A DNA stretch of 64,000 bases, taken from an uncultured bacterium. Its GTDB lineage: Bacteria > Oederibacteriota > Oederibacteriia > Oederibacteriales > Oederibacteriaceae. The notes beneath the pieces were generated by a model. That model was not told the DNA's origin, ran no database searches, and worked only from the letters and a program-made list of their open reading frames with translations. Positions 46,220-55,421 of the stretch are shown one piece after another. A program made the translations under genes and the position numbers. The stretch covers positions 2,656,001 through 2,720,000 of the forward strand of contig OZ218778.1 of the NCBI GenBank assembly GCA_965112635.1, read 5' to 3'. Numbering within the stretch: the first letter of the stretch is position 1; every line of letters begins with the position of its first letter.

Positions 46220-48796
46220 TCACCGTCCCGCCAGGTCTGTCGCGCCTACGCTGGTAGGGACGGTCAGTTTGACCAAGCAGTTTTGGCTAGCGTTGGACCT
46301 GACCTGGTCCACATATCCCACCTCAATGGTCTCGCCTTCATAAACGGGAAGTTTACCGCTCACAGGTTCGCCCAGGGCCAGGGTGGTCGGGATGGCTCCC
46401 TCGAAAACCCCGGTATCGTTGCCGGTCTCCTCCAACACAGCGGCCTGCTCCGCTCCGCTGGCTGTCCTGACCAGGACGCTGACCTTGTCCTTTTGGTTCG
46501 GCGACAGGTTCATATCCGGGTCAATCACCTGGATCTTGAGCGGTTCACCTATGGTGAGACTGCGGCTTGGGCCAGTGCTCTGCCCAGGCGAGAGCTCCGA
46601 GGTTAATTTGGCCACGACGCTGACCTTGGCGTCAGAACCGGACAGCATCACATCCCCCCAGGTGTCCGGCCTCATACTGGTGCGGACATCCGAGTTCCCC
46701 GCCCAGTAAAACTCCAGCGGGTTGCCCAAAAGCACGTCTATGTTGAACCCCATGATGCGTCCGGGCTGCAGGTTCAGTTTTTGGATCCGCTCAGCCGGGA
46801 TAAACGCTTCCATGGACCAGCCCTTGGAGGTCTGTTTGGCTGACCGCTGTATTTCCCCGGATCCAAAAGCCTGATAATAACTCTGTTCGTTTTTATTAAC
46901 GAGATGGACAACGGCCTCTCCGCCCGCCTGGCCAGGAGCGCCCGCCCCGCCAAAAGGCCACACCCAGAACTGCTGGACCCCAGCGCTACCCCGCTGCTTT
47001 TCCTTGAGGTTTTGGCTGTCGAACCATATCTCCGCGCAGTCAGACTCCCAAAAATTGTCCGGATGGGCTTTGTCGATAGCTTTGTCCGGGTCCGTGACAT
47101 CAAAGGCGAAATAAAACCCTTTATTGTTCCAGGCCGCCTTGACCGACTGGTGGATGGCCGGGTAAGGGTTGCGGGCGGAGCCGTCTATCCAGTCCTTTTC
47201 CATAGGCAGTTCGGGAATATCCTTCCACTCGCTCAAATCCCCGTCTAATTTGATGGGCTTATTCAAATAAGGAATAAAGGTGAACCGGATGGTCTTGAAA
47301 TTAGGCTGATAGGGCGGCTTTTCTTCAACAATTTCCACGGGAGCCCCGGCATTTTCTTCTGGAATAACCATGATATTGGAACGCGCCAGGTTCATGGCCG
47401 CGGAAGCCCGTGAAACCGCCCCTGAGCTGGAAATACGCACCCAGTTATCTCCCTGGACAGGGTTCTTGGAACGCCCCTGCAGCGCCTTGGTCAGCTCATC
47501 ATACTGGTCCTGGTTGAAATACCCGACGAATCTCAGCGCGCGATGGAGCTGGCCGCCGTTCAAAGCCTGTTCCCTGAGGTTGGCATATCCTCCCAATGGA
47601 GCACTTCCGCCGGATGGGATTCCCTGGCCTTCTTTACCCTTGGCCGTCAATGCTCTCAGCCGGGCCAGGAGTTCGTTGGCTCCTCCCTGTCCCTGCTCGT
47701 CGCCTTGTCCTGTGCCGCAATTCCCCGAGTCAACGCCACCTTGGCCATGCCCGCTGCCTTTACCATGGCTTCCCGGTTGCCCGTTGGCCTGCTCCTCGCC
47801 AGAACCCTCTTCTCCGGGTTCTCCGGGTTGGCCGGCGCCGGAACCTTTACCATGGTGTTTGCCTGAGCCTTTGCCCAAACCATGAGGCCCTCCCGGTCCT
47901 GTTCCCGGCTCGCTGTTTTCCCAATCGTCAATGAACTGGCCCACCAAATGGTCGTAATACTCGCCCGATGGCCCCTGGCTTCCCTTGCCTTTCGCCTTCC
48001 CTGTCCCCAGGCTTTTTTTGTCCCCGGCAACCCGCGAGGGGTCAGGATTGCCTTTGCCAGTCTGGCCAGCCTGCCCCGGAACCTCATCCTGGAACGCCTC
48101 TTTCAGGCTGGCCTCCATCTGGGCAACGGCTTTGGGGTCATAAAAATAGTTTTGGTTAAGCGACTTCTTAAACTCCGCCTCCAGCCTGCTCTCCATAGCC
48201 CTGGCTTCGTGCTCCTGGAAATATTCCCGGAAAGCTTCTTCCATTGAGCTTTTTTCCTGGCTGCCTTTTTCCTGCACAGCCCGGTCCACCGCCTGTTTCT
48301 CCTCCTGACGGTAGTTCTCTTGTGCCGGGCGAACGACCTTTTTCTTTATTTGCTCCAGGTACTTCTCCGTGACCTGCTGGCTGGCCCAGTCATGCACCTC
48401 TCGTGCCAGCTCGGCGACCATTTTTTTATCCAGGTCGGCCAACTCGGCCTTGAGCTGGCTGTCTTTGGCCTCCGGGTCTGCCAAAGCCTGGCTGTAATGG
48501 CTGAGGTTCTCGTCCATGTCCTGCACGACTTTTTGCCACACTTGGTCGGCATCCGCTTTGGACAGGTTTTTCTGCACCAGCCGGTTAAATTCCTTACGCA
48601 GCTCTCCCGTCACTTTGGCTTTGGTGGCCGCCAAACTCTGTTTTTGGGCGTATTGAACAATGCCCTGTTTGACCGGTTCGGAAAAGCCAACTAATAATAG
48701 AAAACACGCGTGCAATCCAAAAGAAATGGCCAGAAAAAGGACAAAAGGTGAGGAGGACCTGGAGCTTTTATATAAGGAAGGGTTGCTTTTATCCAT
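46220..48796 (-). CDS. TonB/TolA-like membrane-anchored protein with helical stalk, Gly-rich linker, CBM9-like domain and C-terminal Ig-like domain
   Basis: TM helix with SxxxH (SFGLH); IKLDGDLSEW...AAWN..GFYFAFDV.D...WESDCAEIWFD (CBM9-like); LEETGNDTGVFEG; start placed at ATG 48796, 11 bp after exbD. Confidence 0.75.
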   Translation of the reverse strand: MDKSNPSLYKSSRSSSPFVLFLAISFGLHACFLLLVGFSEPVKQGIVQYAQKQSLAATKAKVTGELRKEFNRLVQKNLSKADADQVWQKVVQDMDENLSHYSQALADPEAKDSQLKAELADLDKKMVAELAREVHDWASQQVTEKYLEQIKKKVVRPAQENYRQEEKQAVDRAVQEKGSQEKSSMEEAFREYFQEHEARAMESRLEAEFKKSLNQNYFYDPKAVAQMEASLKEAFQDEVPGQAGQTGKGNPDPSRVAGDKKSLGTGKAKGKGSQGPSGEYYDHLVGQFIDDWENSEPGTGPGGPHGLGKGSGKHHGKGSGAGQPGEPGEEGSGEEQANGQPGSHGKGSGHGQGGVDSGNCGTGQGDEQGQGGANELLARLRALTAKGKEGQGIPSGGSAPLGGYANLREQALNGGQLHRALRFVGYFNQDQYDELTKALQGRSKNPVQGDNWVRISSSGAVSRASAAMNLARSNIMVIPEENAGAPVEIVEEKPPYQPNFKTIRFTFIPYLNKPIKLDGDLSEWKDIPELPMEKDWIDGSARNPYPAIHQSVKAAWNNKGFYFAFDVTDPDKAIDKAHPDNFWESDCAEIWFDSQNLKEKQRGSAGVQQFWVWPFGGAGAPGQAGGEAVVHLVNKNEQSYYQAFGSGEIQRSAKQTSKGWSMEAFIPAERIQKLNLQPGRIMGFNIDVLLGNPLEFYWAGNSDVRTSMRPDTWGDVMLSGSDAKVSVVAKLTSELSPGQSTGPSRSLTIGEPLKIQVIDPDMNLSPNQKDKVSVLVRTASGAEQAAVLEETGNDTGVFEGAIPTTLALGEPVSGKLPVYEGETIEVGYVDQVRSNASQNCLVKLTVPTSVGATDLAGR

Positions 48797-48807
48797 AGGT
48801 GGCTGCG

Positions 48808-49260
48808 CTACTGCGGTTGGACCGCGAAAAAAACCTGCCTGATGCCGGCTGTGCGGATAGCGTTCCACACCTGGATAATGCGCTCATACTGCGCCTGCTT
48901 ATCCCCCTCCAGCACCACCACCGGCTCCTTGTTGAGCTTGGCACACGCCTGCCGGTAAAGGTCCAGGTCCTGTACCAGCTGGTTGAGCGAAACATAGCGG
49001 TCCGTGTGCTTGTCATCAACTCCCCTGGCCACGATATCCTTGGCCGTGACCAGAATCTTCCGGGTGCCCTGCAAAGGTATGGTCTGGGGAGCGCTGGCCT
49101 GGGGAAGGGACACATGGTAAACCGTGGCCTGGTTGACGAGTTTTTCGGGCTGTTTGAGGGTGGTAGCGATCAGAAAAAAGACCAGCAGTAAAAAAGCGCA
49201 GTCGATCATAGGGATGATCGGCAGTTCTATGACTTCCTCGTCCTCAAGGTTTATCTTCAT
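48808..49260 (-). CDS. exbD: ExbD/TolR family biopolymer transport protein
   Basis: I.PMIDCAFLLLVFFLI with conserved TM Asp; V.LP.A; V.L.GD....Y..I..V......AG. Confidence 0.9.
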   Translation of the reverse strand: MKINLEDEEVIELPIIPMIDCAFLLLVFFLIATTLKQPEKLVNQATVYHVSLPQASAPQTIPLQGTRKILVTAKDIVARGVDDKHTDRYVSLNQLVQDLDLYRQACAKLNKEPVVVLEGDKQAQYERIIQVWNAIRTAGIRQVFFAVQPQ

Positions 49261-50005
49261 CGTAGCTTTCCTGTATCAGGAACCAGCCGTGCTGGAGGGT
49301 TTCCACTTCCTCTTCCAGTTGGTGGGCCAGGCTTATGCCCCTGAGCTTGAGGTAATGGTAGACGGCCAGGCATGGCACGGCAATAAAAAGCCCGGTGCCC
49401 GTGCACACGAGGAACTTGGAGATGCCGCCGGCTAAGAGCGAAGCGTTGCCCAGGGCTCCGGCCTCGGACACCAGGGCAAAGGTCTGCATCATGCCCAGGA
49501 CCGTGCCCAAAAGACCCAGCAAGGGCTCCAGCGTCCCGATGACCGCCAGGGGGTAGGCTTTTTGGATATGCAGTTTCATCTCCCGGGAGGCGATGTCATT
49601 GGCACTGCTGGACAGCTGGTTAAAGGAATTTTTCCTGTGGACGACAATGAACCGGATGACCCTGGCCAGGGTGCTCGGCTGGCTCTGGCAGAGCTTGAGG
49701 ATGTCCTCGTATTTCTTCTTTTTCCAGAGGCTGTCGGCCTGGCTCGCCAATCCGCTGGGAACGATGTTCTTTTGGCGCAGCCGGATGAACCGCTCTATAG
49801 CATAGGCTCCCGCCACAACGGACAGGAGGAGCTGGACCAATACAGTCCAGCCGCCCTGGGCTAACTTTCCCGGCAGGGCCATCAAGCCGTGCGATACGGA
49901 TGGATTGGGAGGCATTACCGTCCCACCCTGGGCCAGGACTACCACGGCTCCCCAGCCAGCCAGGACGAATGCTGCCAGGAAAATGGATCTATATTTTGTT
50001 CTCAT
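49244..50005 (-). CDS. exbB: MotA/TolQ/ExbB proton channel protein
   Basis: GG..V..LLLSV......ERF, L.VIGT..PLLGLLGTV.GM...F, LAGGIS..L..T..GL.IA.P. Confidence 0.92.
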   Translation of the reverse strand: MRTKYRSIFLAAFVLAGWGAVVVLAQGGTVMPPNPSVSHGLMALPGKLAQGGWTVLVQLLLSVVAGAYAIERFIRLRQKNIVPSGLASQADSLWKKKKYEDILKLCQSQPSTLARVIRFIVVHRKNSFNQLSSSANDIASREMKLHIQKAYPLAVIGTLEPLLGLLGTVLGMMQTFALVSEAGALGNASLLAGGISKFLVCTGTGLFIAVPCLAVYHYLKLRGISLAHQLEEEVETLQHGWFLIQESYDEDKP

Positions 50006-50106
50006 AATCTCCTACTCTTGTTTTGGAAAAGTGTCCGAAAAACATATTGTATCACGCCATTAGTCAATCTAGGGGTAAGGGGTCGAATGACCTTTTTAGC
50101 AGCCTT

Positions 50107-51084
50107 TTAAAACCCAAAAGCCAGAGAAATACGGTGTTCAGGGCCCAAACCCTGCAAAGCGGTAAGCTGGTAATCGTAGGCATAATCGAGTTTGACGCTG
50201 AAGCTTGGTTCAACGTCTTTAAGCCCGAATCCCATGGTCCAGCTGGGGCCGTCCGGCCTGCCCAGATAGCCCGCCCGTAAAGCCAGGATATTTTGCAACC
50301 AATACTCGGCCCCCCCATCCGGATACAGGGTTGAATCTATCGCGTACACCCCGTCCACGGCAAGCGTCAATTGGCTCCCGTTATTCGGGTCTTTATAGGG
50401 CGTATAGCCCAGGCCGACCCTGGCCGTCAGGGGAAGGTCCTCGGTATCAGCCGTGGCGCTGTCGAACTGCATGCCCGGCCCCACGTTTTGCACGGCCAGG
50501 CCCAGTCGCAGGCCCTCGACAACCGGGACCGGCGCCATCAGACCGGCGTTTCCGCAGAACCCCATACTGGTGTACTCGTTGATCTTTCTGTAGATGAAGG
50601 TGGCGGCCACCCCCGCACTCAAACCCCCTGATATTTTCCTGGCAAAACCAAGGCTGGCCGCCAGGTCGTACATATTGATATTGGCCCCCGTGTAATTGCC
50701 CAGGTCGTCGTTGACCTCGATCGGGGGCAGCCACAGGGTGTTCACGGAGCCCGCCAGGGTGCCCAAACCCTCGACGGGTTGGCTGTAGGCCAAATAATCC
50801 ACGTACTGCGACTGCCAGACGATCTGGTGCATGAGGTCGATCTCCGTCTGCTGGAGGGTTGCCAGCCCGGCCGGGTTCCAATACAAAGCCGTTGCGTCGT
50901 CGGCCACGGCGGTGAACGCTTCTCCCATAGCCTCGGCTTTGGCCCCGACACCGTTCTTAAGGAACGGCGCCGCCGTCGTGCCCAAACTGTCGGCAAAAGC
51001 AGCCGGCCAGGCGCCGGATAAACATAAAACCGTTAGGACGAGGACGGCAAATCCCGGGTTTTTAACAACATTCTTCATGGTCAT
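50107..51084 (-). CDS. PorV/PorQ (UPF0164) family outer-membrane beta-barrel
   Basis: Signal peptide; GTTAAPFL..GVGAKA.AMGEAFTAVADDATALYWNPAGLA; G.EYW....LALRAGY; DYAY; C-terminal HRISLAFGF. Confidence 0.88.
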   Translation of the reverse strand: MTMKNVVKNPGFAVLVLTVLCLSGAWPAAFADSLGTTAAPFLKNGVGAKAEAMGEAFTAVADDATALYWNPAGLATLQQTEIDLMHQIVWQSQYVDYLAYSQPVEGLGTLAGSVNTLWLPPIEVNDDLGNYTGANINMYDLAASLGFARKISGGLSAGVAATFIYRKINEYTSMGFCGNAGLMAPVPVVEGLRLGLAVQNVGPGMQFDSATADTEDLPLTARVGLGYTPYKDPNNGSQLTLAVDGVYAIDSTLYPDGGAEYWLQNILALRAGYLGRPDGPSWTMGFGLKDVEPSFSVKLDYAYDYQLTALQGLGPEHRISLAFGF

Positions 51085-53240
51085 CTGACCAGGACCACCT
51101 TTTTGATGCTTTTCGAGTTGGTTTTATCCGTTAGGACGATGTAATAAAGACCTGAGGAAACGTAATCGCCGTCCTTGTTCTTGAAATACCAGTCGTAACT
51201 GAGCCCGCTGCCAGTCCCCGAGTCGGCGCTGAACACCTTTTCCCGGTTGACGTTGTAGATATCGATATGGATGCCGCCATTGAGGTTTTTTACGGAAACC
51301 TTGCTCACCCCCGGCTGGAAATCCGTGATGTAATTGGTGGTGATATAGACGCCGTTGACCGGAGCAGGCGGACCCGAAGGGCCGGAAGATGAACAGGAAA
51401 AGTTGTAGATGTCGGTATTGGAATCCACGATCCACGCATTGTTCAGGGACGTCGCGTAAATGGCGTAGATATTGTTGGCCGGCATCCCTGTGGCCAGGGA
51501 GGTCCAGCTGGCCCCGCCGTTCTGAGTAGCCAGAATGATTCCACCGAACCCCACGGCCCAGCCATTGGAATCGTCCACAAAGGCAATTCCTGTAAGGAGG
51601 TTTGTGGTCCCGCTGCTTTCATTTGACCAGATGGATCCGCCGCTCGCGGTGCTGCAAATGGTCCCGTTCGCTCCCACCGCCCAGCCGTGGCTGGCGTCCG
51701 CGAAAAAGACCGACGAAAGGCTGTTGATCGTGTTGCTCGCTTGGGGCGTCCAGGCGGATCCCGCGTTGAAGGTGGCCAGGATGGTCCCGTTGTCCCCCGC
51801 GATCCAGCCTGTGGTGGCGGAAATAAAGAATACGCTGTTGAGATTATTGCTCGTGCCGCTGGCCTGGGCCGACCAGACAGTCCCTCCGTTGGTCGAATTT
51901 AGGATCAACCCGCCTTTTCCCACCATCCAGCCCGTGCTGGGGCTGACAAAAGTGATGCCGATGAGACTGGCGTTCGGCGTGACGCTGACAGGCGTCCAGT
52001 CGACCCCGTCGTTGGTGAACAGGACGGAACCCTGCAGGGTCGACGCCCAGCCGTTGGTCGCGCTGATAAAAGAGACGCTGGAAAGGTCCTGGGTGGTGAC
52101 TTTCCTCTGGTAGGACCAGGTATTGCCCCCGTCCACCGTGGCCGCGATCCTGCCGAAGGTCCCCACGGCCCATCCGTCATTGGGATTGGCGAAGGTGATG
52201 GAGTAAAGAGGATGGGCGAGAAAGCCTCCATGGACCGTGGTCCAGGTGTTGCCGCCGTTGACCGTGAGGAGGATAGTGTCCGTGGTCCCCACGATCCAGC
52301 CTGTTGAGGCATTGGAGAAATAAACCCCCCTAAGAAAATAGGTATTGGTCAAAGTCACAGGTGTCCAAGTGGTTCCGCCGTTGGTCGTGGTGACCAGGAT
52401 GCCGTTCGCCCCTACGGCCCATCCATTGACAGGGCTCGTAAAATAAACTCCATAGAGAAAGTTAGCCGTATTGCTGGTCTGGGCGGTCCATGTGGCCCCG
52501 CCGTTGGCCGTCGTCAGGATGGTCCCTTTTCCACCCACTGCCCAGCCGGTCGTTGTATTGAAGAAAAAAACGCTGTTCAGGTCGTTGGCCGTATTGCTGG
52601 TCTGGGCCGTCCAGGTCGCCCCGCTGTTGGTGGTGGCCAGGATGACCCCCCCGGCGCCCACCACCCACCCGGTCGTGGTCGTGTTGGCAAAGGAAACTCC
52701 GTAAAGGATGTTGGTCAGGCCGCTGGCTTGGGCCGTCCAGGTCGCCCCGCTGTCGGTGGTGGCCAGGATCGTCCCTCCGTCCCCCACCGCCCAGCCGGTC
52801 AAAGTCGTGCTGGCAAAGGTGACGCCGTTCAGGTTATTGCTCGTCCCGCTGGTTTGGGCTGACCAGGATAACCCGCCGTTGGTCGTCCCAAGGATGGTCC
52901 CGACATTACCCACGACCCAGCCCGTCAGGGTGGTACTGGTAAAGCATACGGACCTCAAAAAAGCGTTGGTTCCGGAGGATTGGGGGTTCCAGGTATTTCC
53001 CCCGTCGGTGGTCTGGAGGATGGTCCCGGATTCGCCTCCGGCGATCCATCCGGTAAGGGTATTACCGATGGGAAAAGAAACACTGTTCATGTAATCAAGG
53101 AACCCGCTCAGCTTGGAGGTCCATGTACCGACGGTGCAGTTCTGGCCAAAGGCCGGATTCGCATGGAAGACGGCTATAAATATGGATAAGAGAACAAAAT
53201 ATTTTGATAGGCGGGTTTTGATCTTAAGGTCTTCGGCCAT
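51081..53240 (-). CDS. Exported YCF48/BNR-repeat beta-propeller protein with C-terminal FlgD-Ig / sorting-like domain
   Basis: About 13 repeats L..V.F.....GW.VG..GTIL.T.NGG.TW..Q.S.T; tail IDIYNV..E.V...W...N.DG..VSSGLY...KKVVLVR; start placed at ATG 53240 after GGAG (track gives 53294). Confidence 0.9.
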   Translation of the reverse strand: MAEDLKIKTRLSKYFVLLSIFIAVFHANPAFGQNCTVGTWTSKLSGFLDYMNSVSFPIGNTLTGWIAGGESGTILQTTDGGNTWNPQSSGTNAFLRSVCFTSTTLTGWVVGNVGTILGTTNGGLSWSAQTSGTSNNLNGVTFASTTLTGWAVGDGGTILATTDSGATWTAQASGLTNILYGVSFANTTTTGWVVGAGGVILATTNSGATWTAQTSNTANDLNSVFFFNTTTGWAVGGKGTILTTANGGATWTAQTSNTANFLYGVYFTSPVNGWAVGANGILVTTTNGGTTWTPVTLTNTYFLRGVYFSNASTGWIVGTTDTILLTVNGGNTWTTVHGGFLAHPLYSITFANPNDGWAVGTFGRIAATVDGGNTWSYQRKVTTQDLSSVSFISATNGWASTLQGSVLFTNDGVDWTPVSVTPNASLIGITFVSPSTGWMVGKGGLILNSTNGGTVWSAQASGTSNNLNSVFFISATTGWIAGDNGTILATFNAGSAWTPQASNTINSLSSVFFADASHGWAVGANGTICSTASGGSIWSNESSGTTNLLTGIAFVDDSNGWAVGFGGIILATQNGGASWTSLATGMPANNIYAIYATSLNNAWIVDSNTDIYNFSCSSSGPSGPPAPVNGVYITTNYITDFQPGVSKVSVKNLNGGIHIDIYNVNREKVFSADSGTGSGLSYDWYFKNKDGDYVSSGLYYIVLTDKTNSKSIKKVVLVR

Positions 53241-53407
53241 TGCGGACTCCTGAGCTAAAAAGTCATGGATGGTTTTAATTCTATCTGAAGACAAGGTTCT
53301 TTCCCAATAAAATTTGTGTCATCAAATAGTGCCATCCAGCCACGGGTCATGGTTTCAATTGTCAGCGCTTGTCTGCCAGACTACCGTCAGCTTTTCGAGG
53401 ATGTTGG

Positions 53408-54895
53408 TCAATGGATCACCGTAAACTTCTTTGGCCCGATCTTGGTGGAGCCCTGCGACCCGTAATCCAGCCTGATAATATACAGGTAAACCCCTGTCGC
53501 CAAACCCTTGGTGTCAATGACCTGGGCCTGAGGACCGGAGGCCAAATTTTCTTCCTCCACGGTTTCCACCAGCTGCGCCGCGTCGTTATACACCCGTATC
53601 TTAACGCTCCCAGGATATGACATGAAATACACGATCGTGGCCGTGTCTCCCGTGGCCGGCGACGGGAAAATATAGGTCGTGCCCGCGGCGGGCGGCGTGG
53701 TGATGAAAGTCGGGGTAGCCGTAAAGGTGCTCGAAGGAGTGACCGACAGTGACGGGGTGACGGTTGGGACTGGAGTCGTTGTCTGGGTGAGGGTATTGGT
53801 GCTGGTCACAGTGGATGTAGGCACGGGAGTGTAGGTCACAGACCAAGTAGCCGTGTTTGTCGGCGAAGAGGTAATGGTATTGGTCGCTGTGCCTGTCCGG
53901 GTGGCTGTCACGGTGCTGGTTATGGTTATGGTAAGAGTGACCGTGTTCGTGAAAACTGCCGTGGAACTGGCCGTGGCCGTTGCCGTGGCAGTACTGGTAT
54001 TCCCGGCCGTGACAGTCGGCGAAGCAGTTGCTGTCGCTGATGGGGTTCCGGTCGCCGTTCCAGTGCTAGTGGCGGTGGCTGTGCCCGTACATGTCGATGA
54101 CGCCGTTCCGGTAGCTGTCTGCGTGGCCGTGGCTGAGCTCGTAGCAGTAGCTGTCGCCGTCGCTGTAGATGTCGGGGTTGCGGTCTCCGTGGATGTCAGG
54201 GTAGACGTGGGCGTGCAAGAAGGGCCATTTAAAGCAAGGTCATTCATGAGTATTGTCGAACCGGCCGTATCGTTTTCGATGTCAACCATGTATATACAGC
54301 TCAAGTCACTGCAGGTAAGGACGCCGCTCTGGAATCCGTCGTATCCGGTGGGATTGGCCAGGTATATTAACGGGACGGTTACTTGCGTCCAGGAAGTTGG
54401 CGCGGTAAGCAAATTGCTGGGGCTGCTGGAATAAGCAATGTTACCAGAGTCGTCCCTTAGGCCGATACGGTATTGCACAATAGGCATGGCAGCGGTAGTG
54501 ATCGACATCATGTAAAAAGACACGGACGAATAGCAGGCCCAATTCTGGTCATGATCGCCGATATCATAAACTTTGATCTCCGCGACAGTACCGGTATTGG
54601 TGACCCCTTCGGTTATTTGCAAAGAATAACAGCAATCATAATAGGCAGTGGAAGTTTTGGTAACAAGCATGGCGTTCCAACCCGGCTCGTAAAAGTAGCC
54701 GGCCGAGTCGCTATTTAAGGTCTGCCCACACATACAATCAATGATCGTATATTGCGCCCAGCCAACCGAGGGAAACATCAGAAAACATAGGAACAGAAAG
54801 AGGCAGGCCATACCCGTTAGGCTAAAGTTGAATTTCCAACCCGACCCATACTGCTCAACTTTTATCTTTCTCACCAGCATATCCTCAGTTCCCAT
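53408..54895 (-). CDS. Exported protein: CBM11-like domain, long Thr-rich linker, C-terminal sorting-like domain
   Basis: Hydrophobic signal ending VGWA-Q; N-domain paralogous to the 1..1872 gene; about 170-aa alternating-Thr linker; YIFPSPATG...GVYLYI...KKFTVIH. Confidence 0.9.
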   Translation of the reverse strand: MGTEDMLVRKIKVEQYGSGWKFNFSLTGMACLFLFLCFLMFPSVGWAQYTIIDCMCGQTLNSDSAGYFYEPGWNAMLVTKTSTAYYDCCYSLQITEGVTNTGTVAEIKVYDIGDHDQNWACYSSVSFYMMSITTAAMPIVQYRIGLRDDSGNIAYSSSPSNLLTAPTSWTQVTVPLIYLANPTGYDGFQSGVLTCSDLSCIYMVDIENDTAGSTILMNDLALNGPSCTPTSTLTSTETATPTSTATATATATSSATATQTATGTASSTCTGTATATSTGTATGTPSATATASPTVTAGNTSTATATATASSTAVFTNTVTLTITITSTVTATRTGTATNTITSSPTNTATWSVTYTPVPTSTVTSTNTLTQTTTPVPTVTPSLSVTPSSTFTATPTFITTPPAAGTTYIFPSPATGDTATIVYFMSYPGSVKIRVYNDAAQLVETVEEENLASGPQAQVIDTKGLATGVYLYIIRLDYGSQGSTKIGPKKFTVIH

Positions 54896-55256
54896 TTAGT
54901 AAATTTCAAACGAGTTAATTCCAAAACAAACCATCTTTTGTATCTTCGGGATAATTCTATACCTGTTTTGGCTGATTTATTAAGGATTTTGAGGATATTA
55001 ATGGGGTATTGTTTATGTAAGTAAAACCAATGGTTTTTACCGCGTTTTGTTTACCAGGACACGCCTTGAAGATCATGGACCAGACCGGCTTCGCTCGCCT
55101 CTCGGCGAAGCCGAGGGCAGTCTAAGCGAGCCAACCGCCCGTGAGGAACCCACTGGATTGATGAAACAGGGATGCCTCCAAAAAATCTCGTTTTTTAGGG
55201 GATATTCAGGTCCTTCCCCTGCCTACCGGTCAAATATTTCTTCGTGGATTTCCACT

Positions 55257-55393
55257 GGGGGATTGAATCCCCTCGTGGGGGGATTGCGGGGGGATTAATC
55301 GGGGGATTCCGGGGGGATTGTTTGATGTATATATAGTAATAACTAAATACTGCTCTCTTAGACGGGGGGATTTAATCCCCTCATGGGGGGATT
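55257..55393. repeat. Cluster of seven G(5-6)ATT repeats around an AT-rich core
   Basis: G tracts start at 55257, 55277, 55288, 55301, 55311, 55364 and 55385; two GGGGATT-N-AATCCCC palindromes. Confidence 0.85.
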
Positions 55394-55421
55394 ACCTGGG
55401 GCATTCCTTAGATACACCAAA

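Noticed and set aside
55086-55133. GGCTTCGC/GCGAAGCC and CTCGGC/GCCGAG overlapping hairpins as an ncRNA
   Set aside because: Looks like a common REP-type palindrome, with a single copy in the window and nothing further to support it.
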